A DNA stretch of 64,000 nucleotides, from IMG/VR virus record IMGVR_UViG_3300032322_002561, positions 62,001-126,000 of that record; one strand, written 5' to 3'. The number at the start of each line of letters is the position of its first letter. The stretch's first letter is position 1. Positions 35,418-45,428 of this stretch are shown in pieces. The notes below the pieces were generated by a model. It was given only the letters and a program-made list of their open reading frames with translations. It was not told the DNA's origin and searched no databases. The translations under genes and the position numbers were made by a program.

Positions 35418-36130
35418 TTTGAGCTTTCTAAAATTTTATTATCAGTAATATATTGTAACAGATATTCTGCCCAAAAGCAATGGGCCGCTGGACCAAAATG
35501 CCAGCTTTTTTCATTTACAGTTTCAAAACAGTTGTCTTTTAACACACGATCATAGGTTGATTCGGCATCATAGGGTCGGATATAATGTCCATCCCAATCC
35601 ATGCGATTTTGAGTTTGACTAAAATCTGTGTTACCGTTGAACATGACATGCCGAACTCCTTGCTCCTGAAGCTCTTGATGGAAGCGCCAAATTTGATCAT
35701 GAGCCTGGCGAGTTTTTTCCTGCCAGTCTAGGCCTATAATGTAATGTCGATATTTCTCTTGCATTTCCGCTGGTACGCTGTCAGTGCCTGATGCCCCTAC
35801 TTGATAATATTCACCGTTGTGTAACCACTCTTCTCGTTCCCAGGTGCTCCATTGTATTACCATGAACGTGTCTGCTAGTGCTGTGGGATTTTGTTCAATC
35901 CAAGATCTGGTAGTGCGTATGATACGATCATTGCTACAACCGGCTTGGGCCTCGCAGACCAGAATAGCTCCTAGTTGGTTGGCCAATTCGCAACCAAAAC
36001 TGGCACGTAGGTTATCGGGGTGTGGGCGTTGACCCATGCTCCAATACAGGCCGTCGTCACAGGCCCAGGCATGCGGGTTTACACATTCGGCAGCGGCCGC
36101 ATGGCTATCACCGTTAACATACAGTATCAT
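35414..36130 (-). CDS. SGNH/GDSL hydrolase-like protein
   Basis: NGDSH, GCSNDRI, HFGPAAH..WA. Confidence 0.7.
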   Translation of the reverse strand: MILYVNGDSHAAAAECVNPHAWACDDGLYWSMGQRPHPDNLRASFGCELANQLGAILVCEAQAGCSNDRIIRTTRSWIEQNPTALADTFMVIQWSTWEREEWLHNGEYYQVGASGTDSVPAEMQEKYRHYIIGLDWQEKTRQAHDQIWRFHQELQEQGVRHVMFNGNTDFSQTQNRMDWDGHYIRPYDAESTYDRVLKDNCFETVNEKSWHFGPAAHCFWAEYLLQYITDNKILESSK

Positions 36131-36660
36131 CGTGTTTGAACAGCGTAATCTTCTGGATGCGGTAGTTTGAGATCTGATTCAGCTGGTCCATTTTTTAACA
36201 ACCTTTCGCTTTCGGCCTGCGCCACACGTTTGCGTAGACTGCTGGAACTGAAGCTATGGTCTCGGCCGTTGAACACAATTTCAATGCCACGCTGATAGCA
36301 TTCTTGTTCGCCAGTAAAGTTTTTGTTTTCGTATTCCACACCCAGGATACGCACATCCACAGGCAAGATCAACAACAGGTCCACAAGATCCTGTTCGGTT
36401 TGATACACCACCACTTCATCTACATAACGACAAGCAGCCAATTGTATTTGCCGTTCTACTATGCTTTGCACAGGCTTGTTCTTGGTATCGGGTCTATCTA
36501 TAGTAGGATCAGTTTGCAGGCCGCAGATCAAGTAATCACAAACATTTTTTGCCTCACTGAGCATGGCGATATGTCCGGCATGTAGCATGTCAAAGGTGCT
36601 GAATGTGATGCCAATCTTTTTTCCTTCGGCATGCAGTTGTTTGATGTGATTGAATATCAT
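36127..36660 (-). CDS. TagD-like cytidylyltransferase
   Basis: TFDMLHAGH (HxGH), RYVDEV, SSSSLR. Confidence 0.88.
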   Translation of the reverse strand: MIFNHIKQLHAEGKKIGITFSTFDMLHAGHIAMLSEAKNVCDYLICGLQTDPTIDRPDTKNKPVQSIVERQIQLAACRYVDEVVVYQTEQDLVDLLLILPVDVRILGVEYENKNFTGEQECYQRGIEIVFNGRDHSFSSSSLRKRVAQAESERLLKNGPAESDLKLPHPEDYAVQTR

Positions 36661-37331
36661 AAGGCTTTGAGTAGTTGATTTTTGTTTAAATTGCTAAATT
36701 CAAAATTTTCAAATTTGGTTTGAAAGATTCCTGGTACTAAATTGTCACTAATAAGTTTGGCTAAAATTTCGTTATTTTTCACAGTGAGATGACATTGGCG
36801 TAGATCTTTGTGTGATTTAAATATGTCTTCTAATCTTTGTTTAGGAAAGAACAATTTAATTTCATGATAACAAAGATCATACAGATTAAAAAATGATTCA
36901 AGTGGTGCTGGAAAACACGGGATAATCATGAGATTTGGCACGGTTCTTAAATAATGTTCCACAATTATTTTCCCCAAAAAATTTTCATAGTCCCAAGAAA
37001 AAATATATTTGAAATATTTTTTACAGGCATCTACTACTTCTTGATTATCAAATGCCAAATCTAATTCTGCTGATTGCAATGAGTTATAGGAGGAGTGAAA
37101 AAAATCATTGCCGTTGGCCACACTGATTCTTGCAGGAGTGGTCACACACCAAATATTAAAATCAAATTTTGAGTGATGTTTTTCTAAAAGATCCATGCTG
37201 TATTTGATACTGGATCCTCCTGTGCCATAACAAGTAACTACATGGCCATGATCAAGACACAACCTTTGCCACCATGCATGTTGAGATGAGTTTTTTTCAG
37301 CGTAGCTATCACCAAAAACGGCAATTTTCAA
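36657..37331 (-). CDS. SGNH-like protein
   Basis: VFGDSY, GGSS, CHLT..NN; AT-rich gene. Confidence 0.6.
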   Translation of the reverse strand: MKIAVFGDSYAEKNSSQHAWWQRLCLDHGHVVTCYGTGGSSIKYSMDLLEKHHSKFDFNIWCVTTPARISVANGNDFFHSSYNSLQSAELDLAFDNQEVVDACKKYFKYIFSWDYENFLGKIIVEHYLRTVPNLMIIPCFPAPLESFFNLYDLCYHEIKLFFPKQRLEDIFKSHKDLRQCHLTVKNNEILAKLISDNLVPGIFQTKFENFEFSNLNKNQLLKAL

Positions 37332-37714
37332 CTGACTTCGCTCCTACCATCTCCAAGATTGCGACTCTGCACATAGATACCACTGGTGCGTATGGCCTGT
37401 TCTTGTTCCCAGGTTTCCATGACCACGTGCCTACAAACATTTTGAAACCAACGATCCACAATTTCAGCATCGGTATCTGTGGGCTTCAACATGTACCCGG
37501 CCTTGACAAGTCTGGCTACAAAAATGTCATTCCAATCCAGTTCAAATGCACCCTGATGCAAATTGTTGGGGTCAACATCAATTCTCAATACTTGTACCCA
37601 AGGCTCACCTTGCTCAGTGGCCAACTCTTTTTCAGATTTCTTTGGCGGCCGAGATTCTTTAGGAGTATCTACCTTGGCAGGTTTTTTCTTTTTAAATATG
37701 TCAAACAGGCTCAT
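37328..37714 (-). CDS. Hypothetical protein
   Basis: GEPWV...GAFELDWN; AGGAG RBS. Confidence 0.7.
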   Translation of the reverse strand: MSLFDIFKKKKPAKVDTPKESRPPKKSEKELATEQGEPWVQVLRIDVDPNNLHQGAFELDWNDIFVARLVKAGYMLKPTDTDAEIVDRWFQNVCRHVVMETWEQEQAIRTSGIYVQSRNLGDGRSEVS

Positions 37715-37723
37715 TACAACTCC

Positions 37724-38818
37724 TTAAAATAAATCAATCTGCTCCCATGGCAATGTGTCTTTGCCAAAATGACCATAATTGGTTGTAGAACTGTAAATGG
37801 GGCGGAATAGGTCAAATCGCTTGATAATGCCTGCTGGAGTAAGATCTACATTGTCTTGCACCCACTGTGTCAGCGCACGACTGTCGCCGTTGCTGTCAAT
37901 GTAGAAACTCATGGGCTGAGCTAGACCAATAGCGTAACTGATCTGACATGTGGCCCAGTCTGCACGACCCGATGCCACAATATTCTTGGCAAGATATCGC
38001 ATCATGTATGCGGCACTTCGGTCCACCTTGGTGGGATCTTTACCACTGAATGCACCACCACCATGTGGTGCGTACCCACCATAGGTGTCCACAATGATCT
38101 TGCGTCCGGTCAAGCCCGTGTCACCATCGGGCCCGCCAATGACAAATCTACCAGTTGGATTGATATGAAACTCGGTTTGATCATCTACCAATTGACTTGG
38201 TAACGTATTGCGAATAATATGTTCTACAGTTTTTCTTACTGTTTCAATATCAACTTCGTTTTCATGCTGAGTTGAACAAACTACCTTGGCTATGCGCACA
38301 GGCTTGTTGGTGTCGTCGTATTCAAATGTAACTTGTGCCTTGGCATCCGGACCCAACCAACTTATAACACCGTGTTTTCGTACATCAGTTAAGGCATGTA
38401 AAATTTCATGGCTCCAGTAAATTGCGCTGGGCATAAATGCTTTGGTTTCTTTGCAGGCATAGCCAAACATCAAGCCTTGATCACCGGCACCAAATGTATC
38501 GGTTCCTAGTGCAATGTCGGCACTTTGACCATGCATGAGGTTTGTGATTTCTAGTGTGCGCCAGTCAAATCCGGCCTGTTCGTAACCAACGTCCTTGACA
38601 ACCTTGCGAACTGCTGAATCAACTTCTTGAGCATGCAACACCCCTTTGTATTCGCCAGCTACTACCACTCGATTTGTGGTCACCAAGGTCTCGCATGCAC
38701 ATCTAAGCGCCGGATCTTGCTTGGTCATGACAAGATCAAGTACTGCATCACTGATGGCATCGGCCACTTTGTCTGGATGACCTTCGCTAACGCTTTCACT
38801 TGTAAACAAATAACTCAT
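37724..38818 (-). CDS. metK: S-adenosylmethionine synthetase
   Basis: FTSESVSEGHPDK, GAGDQG, GGGAFSGKD. Confidence 0.97.
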   Translation of the reverse strand: MSYLFTSESVSEGHPDKVADAISDAVLDLVMTKQDPALRCACETLVTTNRVVVAGEYKGVLHAQEVDSAVRKVVKDVGYEQAGFDWRTLEITNLMHGQSADIALGTDTFGAGDQGLMFGYACKETKAFMPSAIYWSHEILHALTDVRKHGVISWLGPDAKAQVTFEYDDTNKPVRIAKVVCSTQHENEVDIETVRKTVEHIIRNTLPSQLVDDQTEFHINPTGRFVIGGPDGDTGLTGRKIIVDTYGGYAPHGGGAFSGKDPTKVDRSAAYMMRYLAKNIVASGRADWATCQISYAIGLAQPMSFYIDSNGDSRALTQWVQDNVDLTPAGIIKRFDLFRPIYSSTTNYGHFGKDTLPWEQIDLF

Positions 38819-38832
38819 GCTATCTCCATTTA

Positions 38833-39063
38833 TTAATCTTTTAACTGCCAAATCAAATGCTCGTATCGATCATGCCAGTGAGTTTCTACCGCATCCGATC
38901 CGGGTCCAGTCCATACAGCACGGCCACGATAGGCCAAGGTTCCTGGCCATAACATTTTGTTGCTTATTATGCATCTTCGCGGCCAGGTTATTCTGCGCAA
39001 CTCCCATTGTGCTCTAATGTAAAAATATCCATCACGCCTGTCTATTTTTTCTGGTATAGGCAT
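38833..39063 (-). CDS. Hypothetical protein
   Basis: 76 aa ORF in operon. Confidence 0.6.
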   Translation of the reverse strand: MPIPEKIDRRDGYFYIRAQWELRRITWPRRCIISNKMLWPGTLAYRGRAVWTGPGSDAVETHWHDRYEHLIWQLKD

Positions 39064-39069
39064 GTGTTT

Positions 39070-39333
39070 TTAAATCCAACCGCCGGCTCTGGCGATGCCC
39101 ACGATGCCCACCAAGATCCAGAAGGCGTTGAGCAAGGTATAGGCCCGGTCTTTTTTGAGCATGGCACAATAGGTCAGCAAAATGGCATCAGCGGTGTTGA
39201 CCAGCCATACCAACATGAACGGACTGGCCGGTCCCAACCAAGATACCAGAGTGAAACAGAAGATACGCATGACGACGCCTGCCATCTCCAACTGTGAAAT
39301 ATTATTTTTTATAAAATCGTGTATGATTTTCAC
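39070..39333 (-). CDS. Small membrane protein
   Basis: Three hydrophobic segments. Confidence 0.65.
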   Translation of the reverse strand: MKIIHDFIKNNISQLEMAGVVMRIFCFTLVSWLGPASPFMLVWLVNTADAILLTYCAMLKKDRAYTLLNAFWILVGIVGIARAGGWI

Positions 39334-40182
39334 TTACTTGCCCCAGCCATTGCCCCACAAGTCCACATGCAACCTTGGACTGTACCAATAGCCGCGCTTG
39401 AGTGCTTCGTCGGCCACGTGAATTCTGTTGCCATCATACACGCTGACAACTCCGCCCACAGGCATCACAAAAACTGGACCTGCAAAGCCGCGCTCGCGAT
39501 ATGTTGCCACGGCACGATCCAATTCTTCAAAATCTTCCAGGCGTTCCACTACAAATTTCAAGTAGGTGACTCCGTGTAATTCATATTCCCACACGACATC
39601 GGGCTTGATAGCACTGTCCCATGTTTCACCTGACACACTCAACTTGGGGCTAACACTAAAAGTGATTTCACCAAACCAGTCGTCCAAGTAGTTGGCAAAT
39701 TCCCGGTGTAGTTCTTGAGTGCCATTGGTTTCAAATGTGATGTGTCTAAGTCCACGCTCGTGCAAGATGTCTAACAGCTCGGGATAGATTCGTTGCCAGC
39801 CCAACAGTGGTTCGCCGCCAGTGATCACAAGATGAACGGGATTTCCGTTCTTGAACTGCATCCACTGATTGTTGGGCAACAAACTGTGAATACGATCTGC
39901 CAATTCTGCAGCAGTGTATGTTGGACTTAGATGTTTAAAAGCCGGGTGCCATGACGCATAACTGTCGCAACCAGTGTCCACTAGTGGTAATTCTTCAAAC
40001 GTTTTGTAAAGATGCACTGACTTGGCAATTTCATCTGGCTCAGTAGTTTTCTCTCCAGGCTTACAACCAAATCCGGCACACTGAAAGTTGCAACCAAACA
40101 TGCGTAAGAAAATACTGGGCACGCCTACATAGCGACCTTCGCCTTGTGCTGAATAAAATATTTCACTGACTTTGAAATCCAT
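39334..40182 (-). CDS. queE: 7-carboxy-7-deazaguanine synthase (radical SAM)
   Basis: SEIFYSAQGEG..G.P..FLR.FGC, CDS, ITGGEP, ETNGT, SPKL, PRLH. Confidence 0.92.
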   Translation of the reverse strand: MDFKVSEIFYSAQGEGRYVGVPSIFLRMFGCNFQCAGFGCKPGEKTTEPDEIAKSVHLYKTFEELPLVDTGCDSYASWHPAFKHLSPTYTAAELADRIHSLLPNNQWMQFKNGNPVHLVITGGEPLLGWQRIYPELLDILHERGLRHITFETNGTQELHREFANYLDDWFGEITFSVSPKLSVSGETWDSAIKPDVVWEYELHGVTYLKFVVERLEDFEELDRAVATYRERGFAGPVFVMPVGGVVSVYDGNRIHVADEALKRGYWYSPRLHVDLWGNGWGK

Positions 40183-40190
40183 ACTTGTTC

Positions 40191-40919
40191 CTATAATCTT
40201 GTAACTGTACTTAGACCGCTTTGAGTCATTGTCAAATTCTTTGCCTCATTAGCAATTTTAACACGAAGTTTGCAATTTGTCATCCAACCTGGCAATACTG
40301 CATCCAAATACTGTAAATGTTCCAGCGGTGTTGGATGCGGATCTCCTTGATTGCGCCAACCTTGTGCAAATACCGTGCTTCTAAAACTGGGTAGCATGAT
40401 GTCTAAAGCATCTCGATAAACATTCAAGACATCTTGATCTGGTGTCTCTGTGTCATCAAATTGATGTACATTGCCAAGATCACACACGCTTAAAAACCGC
40501 CAAGTTGCACCAGTTTGTTCTAGCACTGTTTTGGCGGCTTGAATCATGGCCAAGTCTCTTATGAGCGAACCACGTTCGGTCACAGCCGCCCGCACATAGT
40601 CCTTGTTGTATATGGGACAGGATGTGATATTGCCCAAAGTCTGCCAACGATCGGTGTAGCGATCCTCACGCATGACATTGGTCCAACATACCAACACAGT
40701 ATCTGACTCGCCCAAACTATGACGTTGGTTGGCTTCAATCAGGCTGTTAAAGATAAAGTGATTGCCAGCACCACTTTGAGCCCAATTTTGGTAATGTGCA
40801 AATTGTGTGCCCAAAAGGTCAGCCCAAGTGGGCCAACGATAATTTGTAAAACTACATCCAAAAGTAAAAAGTCTTGAGCCTTTTACCTCCACCACTCCTC
40901 CCAGGGAAACACAATCCAC
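40191..40919 (-). CDS. SGNH-like protein
   Basis: FGCSFT..WPTW, GAGN, DPHPT; start uncertain. Confidence 0.6.
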   Translation of the reverse strand: MDCVSLGGVVEVKGSRLFTFGCSFTNYRWPTWADLLGTQFAHYQNWAQSGAGNHFIFNSLIEANQRHSLGESDTVLVCWTNVMREDRYTDRWQTLGNITSCPIYNKDYVRAAVTERGSLIRDLAMIQAAKTVLEQTGATWRFLSVCDLGNVHQFDDTETPDQDVLNVYRDALDIMLPSFRSTVFAQGWRNQGDPHPTPLEHLQYLDAVLPGWMTNCKLRVKIANEAKNLTMTQSGLSTVTRL

Positions 40920-41419
40920 ACATCCTTGTCTGCTTTGTTTATGGCCACAGCTGAATATGTGACATCCAGTTTGCTCTTGCTTGACTCATTGTCATACAAG
41001 CATGCCACACGCACATTGTTGCCCCAGACTTCTTTCCAACGTTTGTCTTTGGGGAAACAACCGCTTTGCCAATCTTCTTTGATCCAGTTTAGTGTGGCGC
41101 CCGAATCGTTGATGTCATCTACAATCAAGATATTTTTACGTCCGTCTCCGCTGGCTTGCGGATCAAACTCTCTGTGACCATAGGCATCTTCAGCCATCCA
41201 TAAGTTGCTTTCTTGTTCAGCGCCATCTCGCAAGCTGACCTTGAGTGTTTCCATTCTGCAACCCAAGTACTGACTGATCAAGTTGGCCGGCACTAGACCG
41301 CCACGTGTTATACCAACCACATAGTCAGGCTGCCACTGGTCCCGGTGCAATTGTCTTAGAAGCTCTTGCACTTGCTTCTCCACGTCTTGCCACGTCAATG
41401 TTATTCGTTGTGTTGCCAT
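40883..41419 (-). CDS. Type I phosphoribosyltransferase (Gpt-like)
   Basis: VGITRGG, ILIVDDINDSGAT, WIVFPWE. Confidence 0.9.
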   Translation of the reverse strand: MATQRITLTWQDVEKQVQELLRQLHRDQWQPDYVVGITRGGLVPANLISQYLGCRMETLKVSLRDGAEQESNLWMAEDAYGHREFDPQASGDGRKNILIVDDINDSGATLNWIKEDWQSGCFPKDKRWKEVWGNNVRVACLYDNESSKSKLDVTYSAVAINKADKDVWIVFPWEEWWR

Positions 41420-43334
41420 GTGTTTCTACCGTTGCCTTTCCAAAATTTCTACGCCGTGCAAAATAAAACATTTCTAAAAAAGTAGGAAAACTCATGTTTT
41501 TGTCTTCGGGAAAATCTAGATTATACACTGTAGGCGATTCTTCCAAAGGCTGACCAAAAGTCAAGTAATCCCAGATATTGTAATCCAATTCCAAGGATTG
41601 TGGATATTGATCAATGTCTGGATATGCAATAAAATACTTGCGCTGAAACTTCATGACACTGTCCAACAGTTCCTTGGGCAAGTTATATTGTAACATAAAT
41701 CTGTATAAAAGGTCAAACACCTGATCGTATCTTGATTCTTCGTGCAGTTTTAATATGGTTCGGTGCATGAGGTTCCAACCATAAATTTCAATGCCCCCAA
41801 TGTCAGGATGGTCAATTTTGTCACTGCTCATCCAGTTTTGATTGTATTGTCTAGTATCCAGCATTTCTTTATGGAACCAGGAATCCTGCTGTATGAATTC
41901 AAATAAATCTTCATAGAATTGTGAGTAGTCAATATCCAGATATTGATAAACAAATCTGCTCAACAAAGTGCTCAGCCCATTGATATGAAAAGTGTTTATG
42001 AACCAAGAATACACTTGAGCATCCAGCATGGATTCATGTGGCATGTCCTTGGTGCCAGTGATGATTTCGATGCTTTCAATAATTTGTTCGTTTTTGTATG
42101 ATCCACTGAAGTAGTCAGTGACTCTGTTGCCAGTAATCTTAAAAAGTTTTCTTTGCAATAGATTCATTTCGGCATTTTCCAACAGTTGGGCCTGAAACAC
42201 CGTGAGTCCTGTGTGATTACCCATGCGGAACAATTTCCAAAAATTATCTTTCCAGGTCTGTAAACTTTCACCAGGCAAGCCAAGTATGAGTTCGGTATAG
42301 GTGGGAATGTTGCGCTGTTCACACAGTTCAAACACTTCTTCCAACTTGTTCATTTCCATGTTTTTACGACGAATGTTTTCCAGAACATCCACGTCCAAAC
42401 TCTGTACACTGAGTGTGAGACCCTGATTGAAGCCTGGTGCATTCAGTAGCTTGGTTATGATATCAACCACTTCACGTTTTTGATTCTTGGCCCAGGCCAC
42501 CGAGAAGGTCTTGGGAAATCCATAGCGTTCTTGTATTTCTATGATTTTATCTGCAATGAGATTGTCTCTGTCGGGGAACATGCCAAAGTTAGCATCGGTG
42601 ATTGAAATAAAACCCACACGGTGCTGTGCCATCCACTCAAGTTCCTCAAATACTCGATCCAAGCGATAGTGTTTGACCTTGTTGTAGGTCAAGCTGCCCC
42701 AGTCACAGAATGTGCAAGCAAATGGACATCCACGATTGGTTTCCAAGGTACCGTTCCACTCCACGTCGGGATTTTCTGCAATGATTTTGTCAAACACTCC
42801 GGTAAGATAGGGACTGGGTATGTCTTCAAGATTTTCTATGCGTTTGGCATCGCCTGTATTGATGGGTTCACCGTTGCGATTGATCAAGAGTCCTGGAATA
42901 TCGTCCCAGCAACGCTTTTCAAAGGCCTGTATTACTCGTTGAAAAGTTATTTCGCCCTCAAAACAAATAATCATGTCCATGTAGGGCTCTTTGCGAAAGA
43001 TATCAGGATCTGTGATGGCCGGCTCTGGCCCACCAAAAATTATCACACAGTCGGGATTGGCTGCTTTGACTGCACGAGCCACGGTGTAGTTGTACTGGTG
43101 ATTCCACACATAGGTACTAAAAGCCACCACATCGTTTTGAGCCAAGCGAGCCACCACATCATCTATGGCTTCACGCCGCCAAATCATGTCGGTGCACTCA
43201 AAATTTTCTCGAATCCATGGATCAGTGAGGGCATAGCTCCAAATCACTCCTGCGCTATAGGGCAAGTAGTGTGCATTCAGCTCTTTGGGTCCTTGTTGAA
43301 AATTGGGTTGTACCCAGGCAATCTTATAGGTCAT
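41325..43334 (-). CDS. B12-binding radical SAM protein
   Basis: LPYS, FGGP, ETNRGCPFACTFCDWG, ILGLPGE. Confidence 0.88.
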   Translation of the reverse strand: MTYKIAWVQPNFQQGPKELNAHYLPYSAGVIWSYALTDPWIRENFECTDMIWRREAIDDVVARLAQNDVVAFSTYVWNHQYNYTVARAVKAANPDCVIIFGGPEPAITDPDIFRKEPYMDMIICFEGEITFQRVIQAFEKRCWDDIPGLLINRNGEPINTGDAKRIENLEDIPSPYLTGVFDKIIAENPDVEWNGTLETNRGCPFACTFCDWGSLTYNKVKHYRLDRVFEELEWMAQHRVGFISITDANFGMFPDRDNLIADKIIEIQERYGFPKTFSVAWAKNQKREVVDIITKLLNAPGFNQGLTLSVQSLDVDVLENIRRKNMEMNKLEEVFELCEQRNIPTYTELILGLPGESLQTWKDNFWKLFRMGNHTGLTVFQAQLLENAEMNLLQRKLFKITGNRVTDYFSGSYKNEQIIESIEIITGTKDMPHESMLDAQVYSWFINTFHINGLSTLLSRFVYQYLDIDYSQFYEDLFEFIQQDSWFHKEMLDTRQYNQNWMSSDKIDHPDIGGIEIYGWNLMHRTILKLHEESRYDQVFDLLYRFMLQYNLPKELLDSVMKFQRKYFIAYPDIDQYPQSLELDYNIWDYLTFGQPLEESPTVYNLDFPEDKNMSFPTFLEMFYFARRRNFGKATVETHGNTTNNIDVARRGEASARASKTIAPGPVAA

Positions 43335-44197
43335 GCCTTATTTACTTGACTTAATTTTTGTTGTTTTTCAAAGTGAGTGTGTGGATTAGCAAACTGCACC
43401 ATTTGTTTGTTGACATCGTTTTGTGCAAGTTTTTCCCAGGGATCTTGTTTGTGCAAGAACACATTTTCAAAAAAAGTCATGTCCTGATTTCGCGTATTTT
43501 TCAAATAGGTAGCTATTTTGGCAGCATCCCTATGACGCAGTTCGATCATGGGTGCGCTGTGAAAGTCGTCTGGATCACTGGGTTTGCCCTCTAGCATGGC
43601 ACGACGTTTGAATGTTTCGTCACCGTTGTTGCCGGTCAAATCAAAGCGATCATGTTCAACCCACACCGGTATTCTCTGCCAGATATCCAACAAATAGGCC
43701 TGTTGACTCAACCAACCATCCTGCGTGGGGTGCGGGCTGATATACCCCAAGAGATCATACCATTCGCGTGGAACTATGGGGAATATACTGTAGGGATGAT
43801 CATTGTGAGTGTGGAAAGCCAAGAGCTTGAACTGACCGGTATAGCGAATGATTTCTGTGTCCCAGCCCTGAGTCTGCATGATGGCATCATCATTCCAGAT
43901 CACAATCCAATCACTGTCGGTCTTGGCTGCTAGTTTGTTGTTGTACACATTGAGTCTAATATAGCCCAAGGGATCAAACAACATGGCGGTGTAAACGGCC
44001 TTGACTGAATCAAGATAGGGTTTAATTGTGTCCGTGAAATATTTTTGTCCAATGGCATCATCACGGTCCAAGGCTATCATGATCTGCACACGATTGTAGT
44101 CGTCGGCGAGATCTATTAAACTTTGCAGACTGCGCATCAAGGCATCAGTTCGACCACGTGTGGGTAACAATATGGAAAGAGCATATTTGTGATTCAT
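43331..44197 (-). CDS. GT2/GT-A glycosyltransferase
   Basis: SILLPTRGR, WNDD. Confidence 0.75.
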   Translation of the reverse strand: MNHKYALSILLPTRGRTDALMRSLQSLIDLADDYNRVQIMIALDRDDAIGQKYFTDTIKPYLDSVKAVYTAMLFDPLGYIRLNVYNNKLAAKTDSDWIVIWNDDAIMQTQGWDTEIIRYTGQFKLLAFHTHNDHPYSIFPIVPREWYDLLGYISPHPTQDGWLSQQAYLLDIWQRIPVWVEHDRFDLTGNNGDETFKRRAMLEGKPSDPDDFHSAPMIELRHRDAAKIATYLKNTRNQDMTFFENVFLHKQDPWEKLAQNDVNKQMVQFANPHTHFEKQQKLSQVNKA

Positions 44198-44200
44198 TGA

Positions 44201-44791
44201 CTATCCTTCGTATATGGCACTGTTACCGGCATGCTCAAATACTTCTGCTGAACGTAATTTAACGCCTGATCCTACTGGATAGCGAGCCTTGTGTATGTTG
44301 CCGTTGGGGCAATGATAGTTGTTGCCTGTTTTAAAAATATGCAGTATGGTGGCCATTTCCTTATAGGCAAGTTCAGCAAACTTTTCGCAACCCACACCTT
44401 CCACGATCCTTAAATCACACACACCGCCTTGATCTTGCAATCCCAACTGGGCCATTTGTTTAAACATACCTTTGTGAGGATCATCATGTGCTACCACGAG
44501 AGTATGATCAAACATGTATTCGCTCCACTCTTTAAAGGCCTTGAGTCCACCAAAGTCCATGACCCAGTTGCGGTCATCCAGGGTTTCGCTTTCAAATACG
44601 AGTTTGATACCAATTGAGTATCCGTGTAGTAATGAGCAGTGACTATGTGTGCTACGCCATTGACGGAAGCAACAACTCAATCCGCGATCGTTGCCATATG
44701 TTTTTGTTGAAACGTATTTGGCTTTGGTCGTGCTTTCATTGAGCTGTCTTGTTGTTTCTTTTCCAATCTGTTCTTCTGTGTAATGAATCAT
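44201..44791 (-). CDS. queD: 6-carboxytetrahydropterin synthase
   Basis: HCSLLHGYS, WVMDFG, FDH, EKFA, VFE. Confidence 0.9.
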   Translation of the reverse strand: MIHYTEEQIGKETTRQLNESTTKAKYVSTKTYGNDRGLSCCFRQWRSTHSHCSLLHGYSIGIKLVFESETLDDRNWVMDFGGLKAFKEWSEYMFDHTLVVAHDDPHKGMFKQMAQLGLQDQGGVCDLRIVEGVGCEKFAELAYKEMATILHIFKTGNNYHCPNGNIHKARYPVGSGVKLRSAEVFEHAGNSAIYEG

Positions 44792-44797
44792 GCTGGT

Positions 44798-44864
44798 TCT
44801 CCTATGTTAATTTTAGCATAGGCTTGCAGAATTTGTAAAGCGGGATGAATGCCGGAAGACCGCT
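44798..44864 (-). promoter_or_regulatory. Structured 5' leader of queD (riboswitch-like candidate)
   Basis: AGCGG/CCGCT stem, then CCTATG/CATAGG hairpin overlapping the AGGAG RBS. Confidence 0.5.
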
Positions 44865-44871
44865 AAGATTA

Positions 44872-45240
44872 TTATTTAACTCGATAATTGCCACGCTCGG
44901 GAATAACATGGCGAACACCACCACGTGGATCTTCCATGTCACCTTTTCTGCGAGGAATGAGATGCACGTGCGGATACATAACTGTTTGCCCGGCAGCCTC
45001 TCCCCAGTTGATACCAATATTGAAACCATTCCACTCGCCAGAGTTGACTTGTGCCTGGCCCCATTTTAGTGCGTCAGCAAAACAATCTTCAATCACACCG
45101 TTGGCTGTGTACTTGGGCACAAACAACAAATGGCCTTCAGTAACTGGGTAACGATCACGATATACCACGACGTGGAAATCTTCACGTACTACATCATTCC
45201 AAGGTGCTATACCTAATCGTTGTGCTTCCTCAAGATCCAT
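44872..45240 (-). CDS. HIT-family nucleotide hydrolase
   Basis: GHLLFVPK, GFNIG..AAGQTV..PHVHLIPR. Confidence 0.9.
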   Translation of the reverse strand: MDLEEAQRLGIAPWNDVVREDFHVVVYRDRYPVTEGHLLFVPKYTANGVIEDCFADALKWGQAQVNSGEWNGFNIGINWGEAAGQTVMYPHVHLIPRRKGDMEDPRGGVRHVIPERGNYRVK

Positions 45241-45242
45241 GT

Positions 45243-45428
45243 TTATTTTGTTTTTTTTGTTACTACTTCAAGATCTAATCCCACAGCCAAGAGCCAGGAA
45301 TTAATGCGTTCGGCCACAACATCTTCGTGTATGGGATTATCCCACTGCATGTCTATGCGCACAGCAAGATCACCGGTTTCGACATGCAGATTTTGATATT
45401 GCAAATAGTAACTGACCTTGTTGCTCAT
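45243..45428 (-). CDS. Hypothetical protein
   Basis: 61 aa coupled ORF. Confidence 0.55.
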   Translation of the reverse strand: MSNKVSYYLQYQNLHVETGDLAVRIDMQWDNPIHEDVVAERINSWLLAVGLDLEVVTKKTK

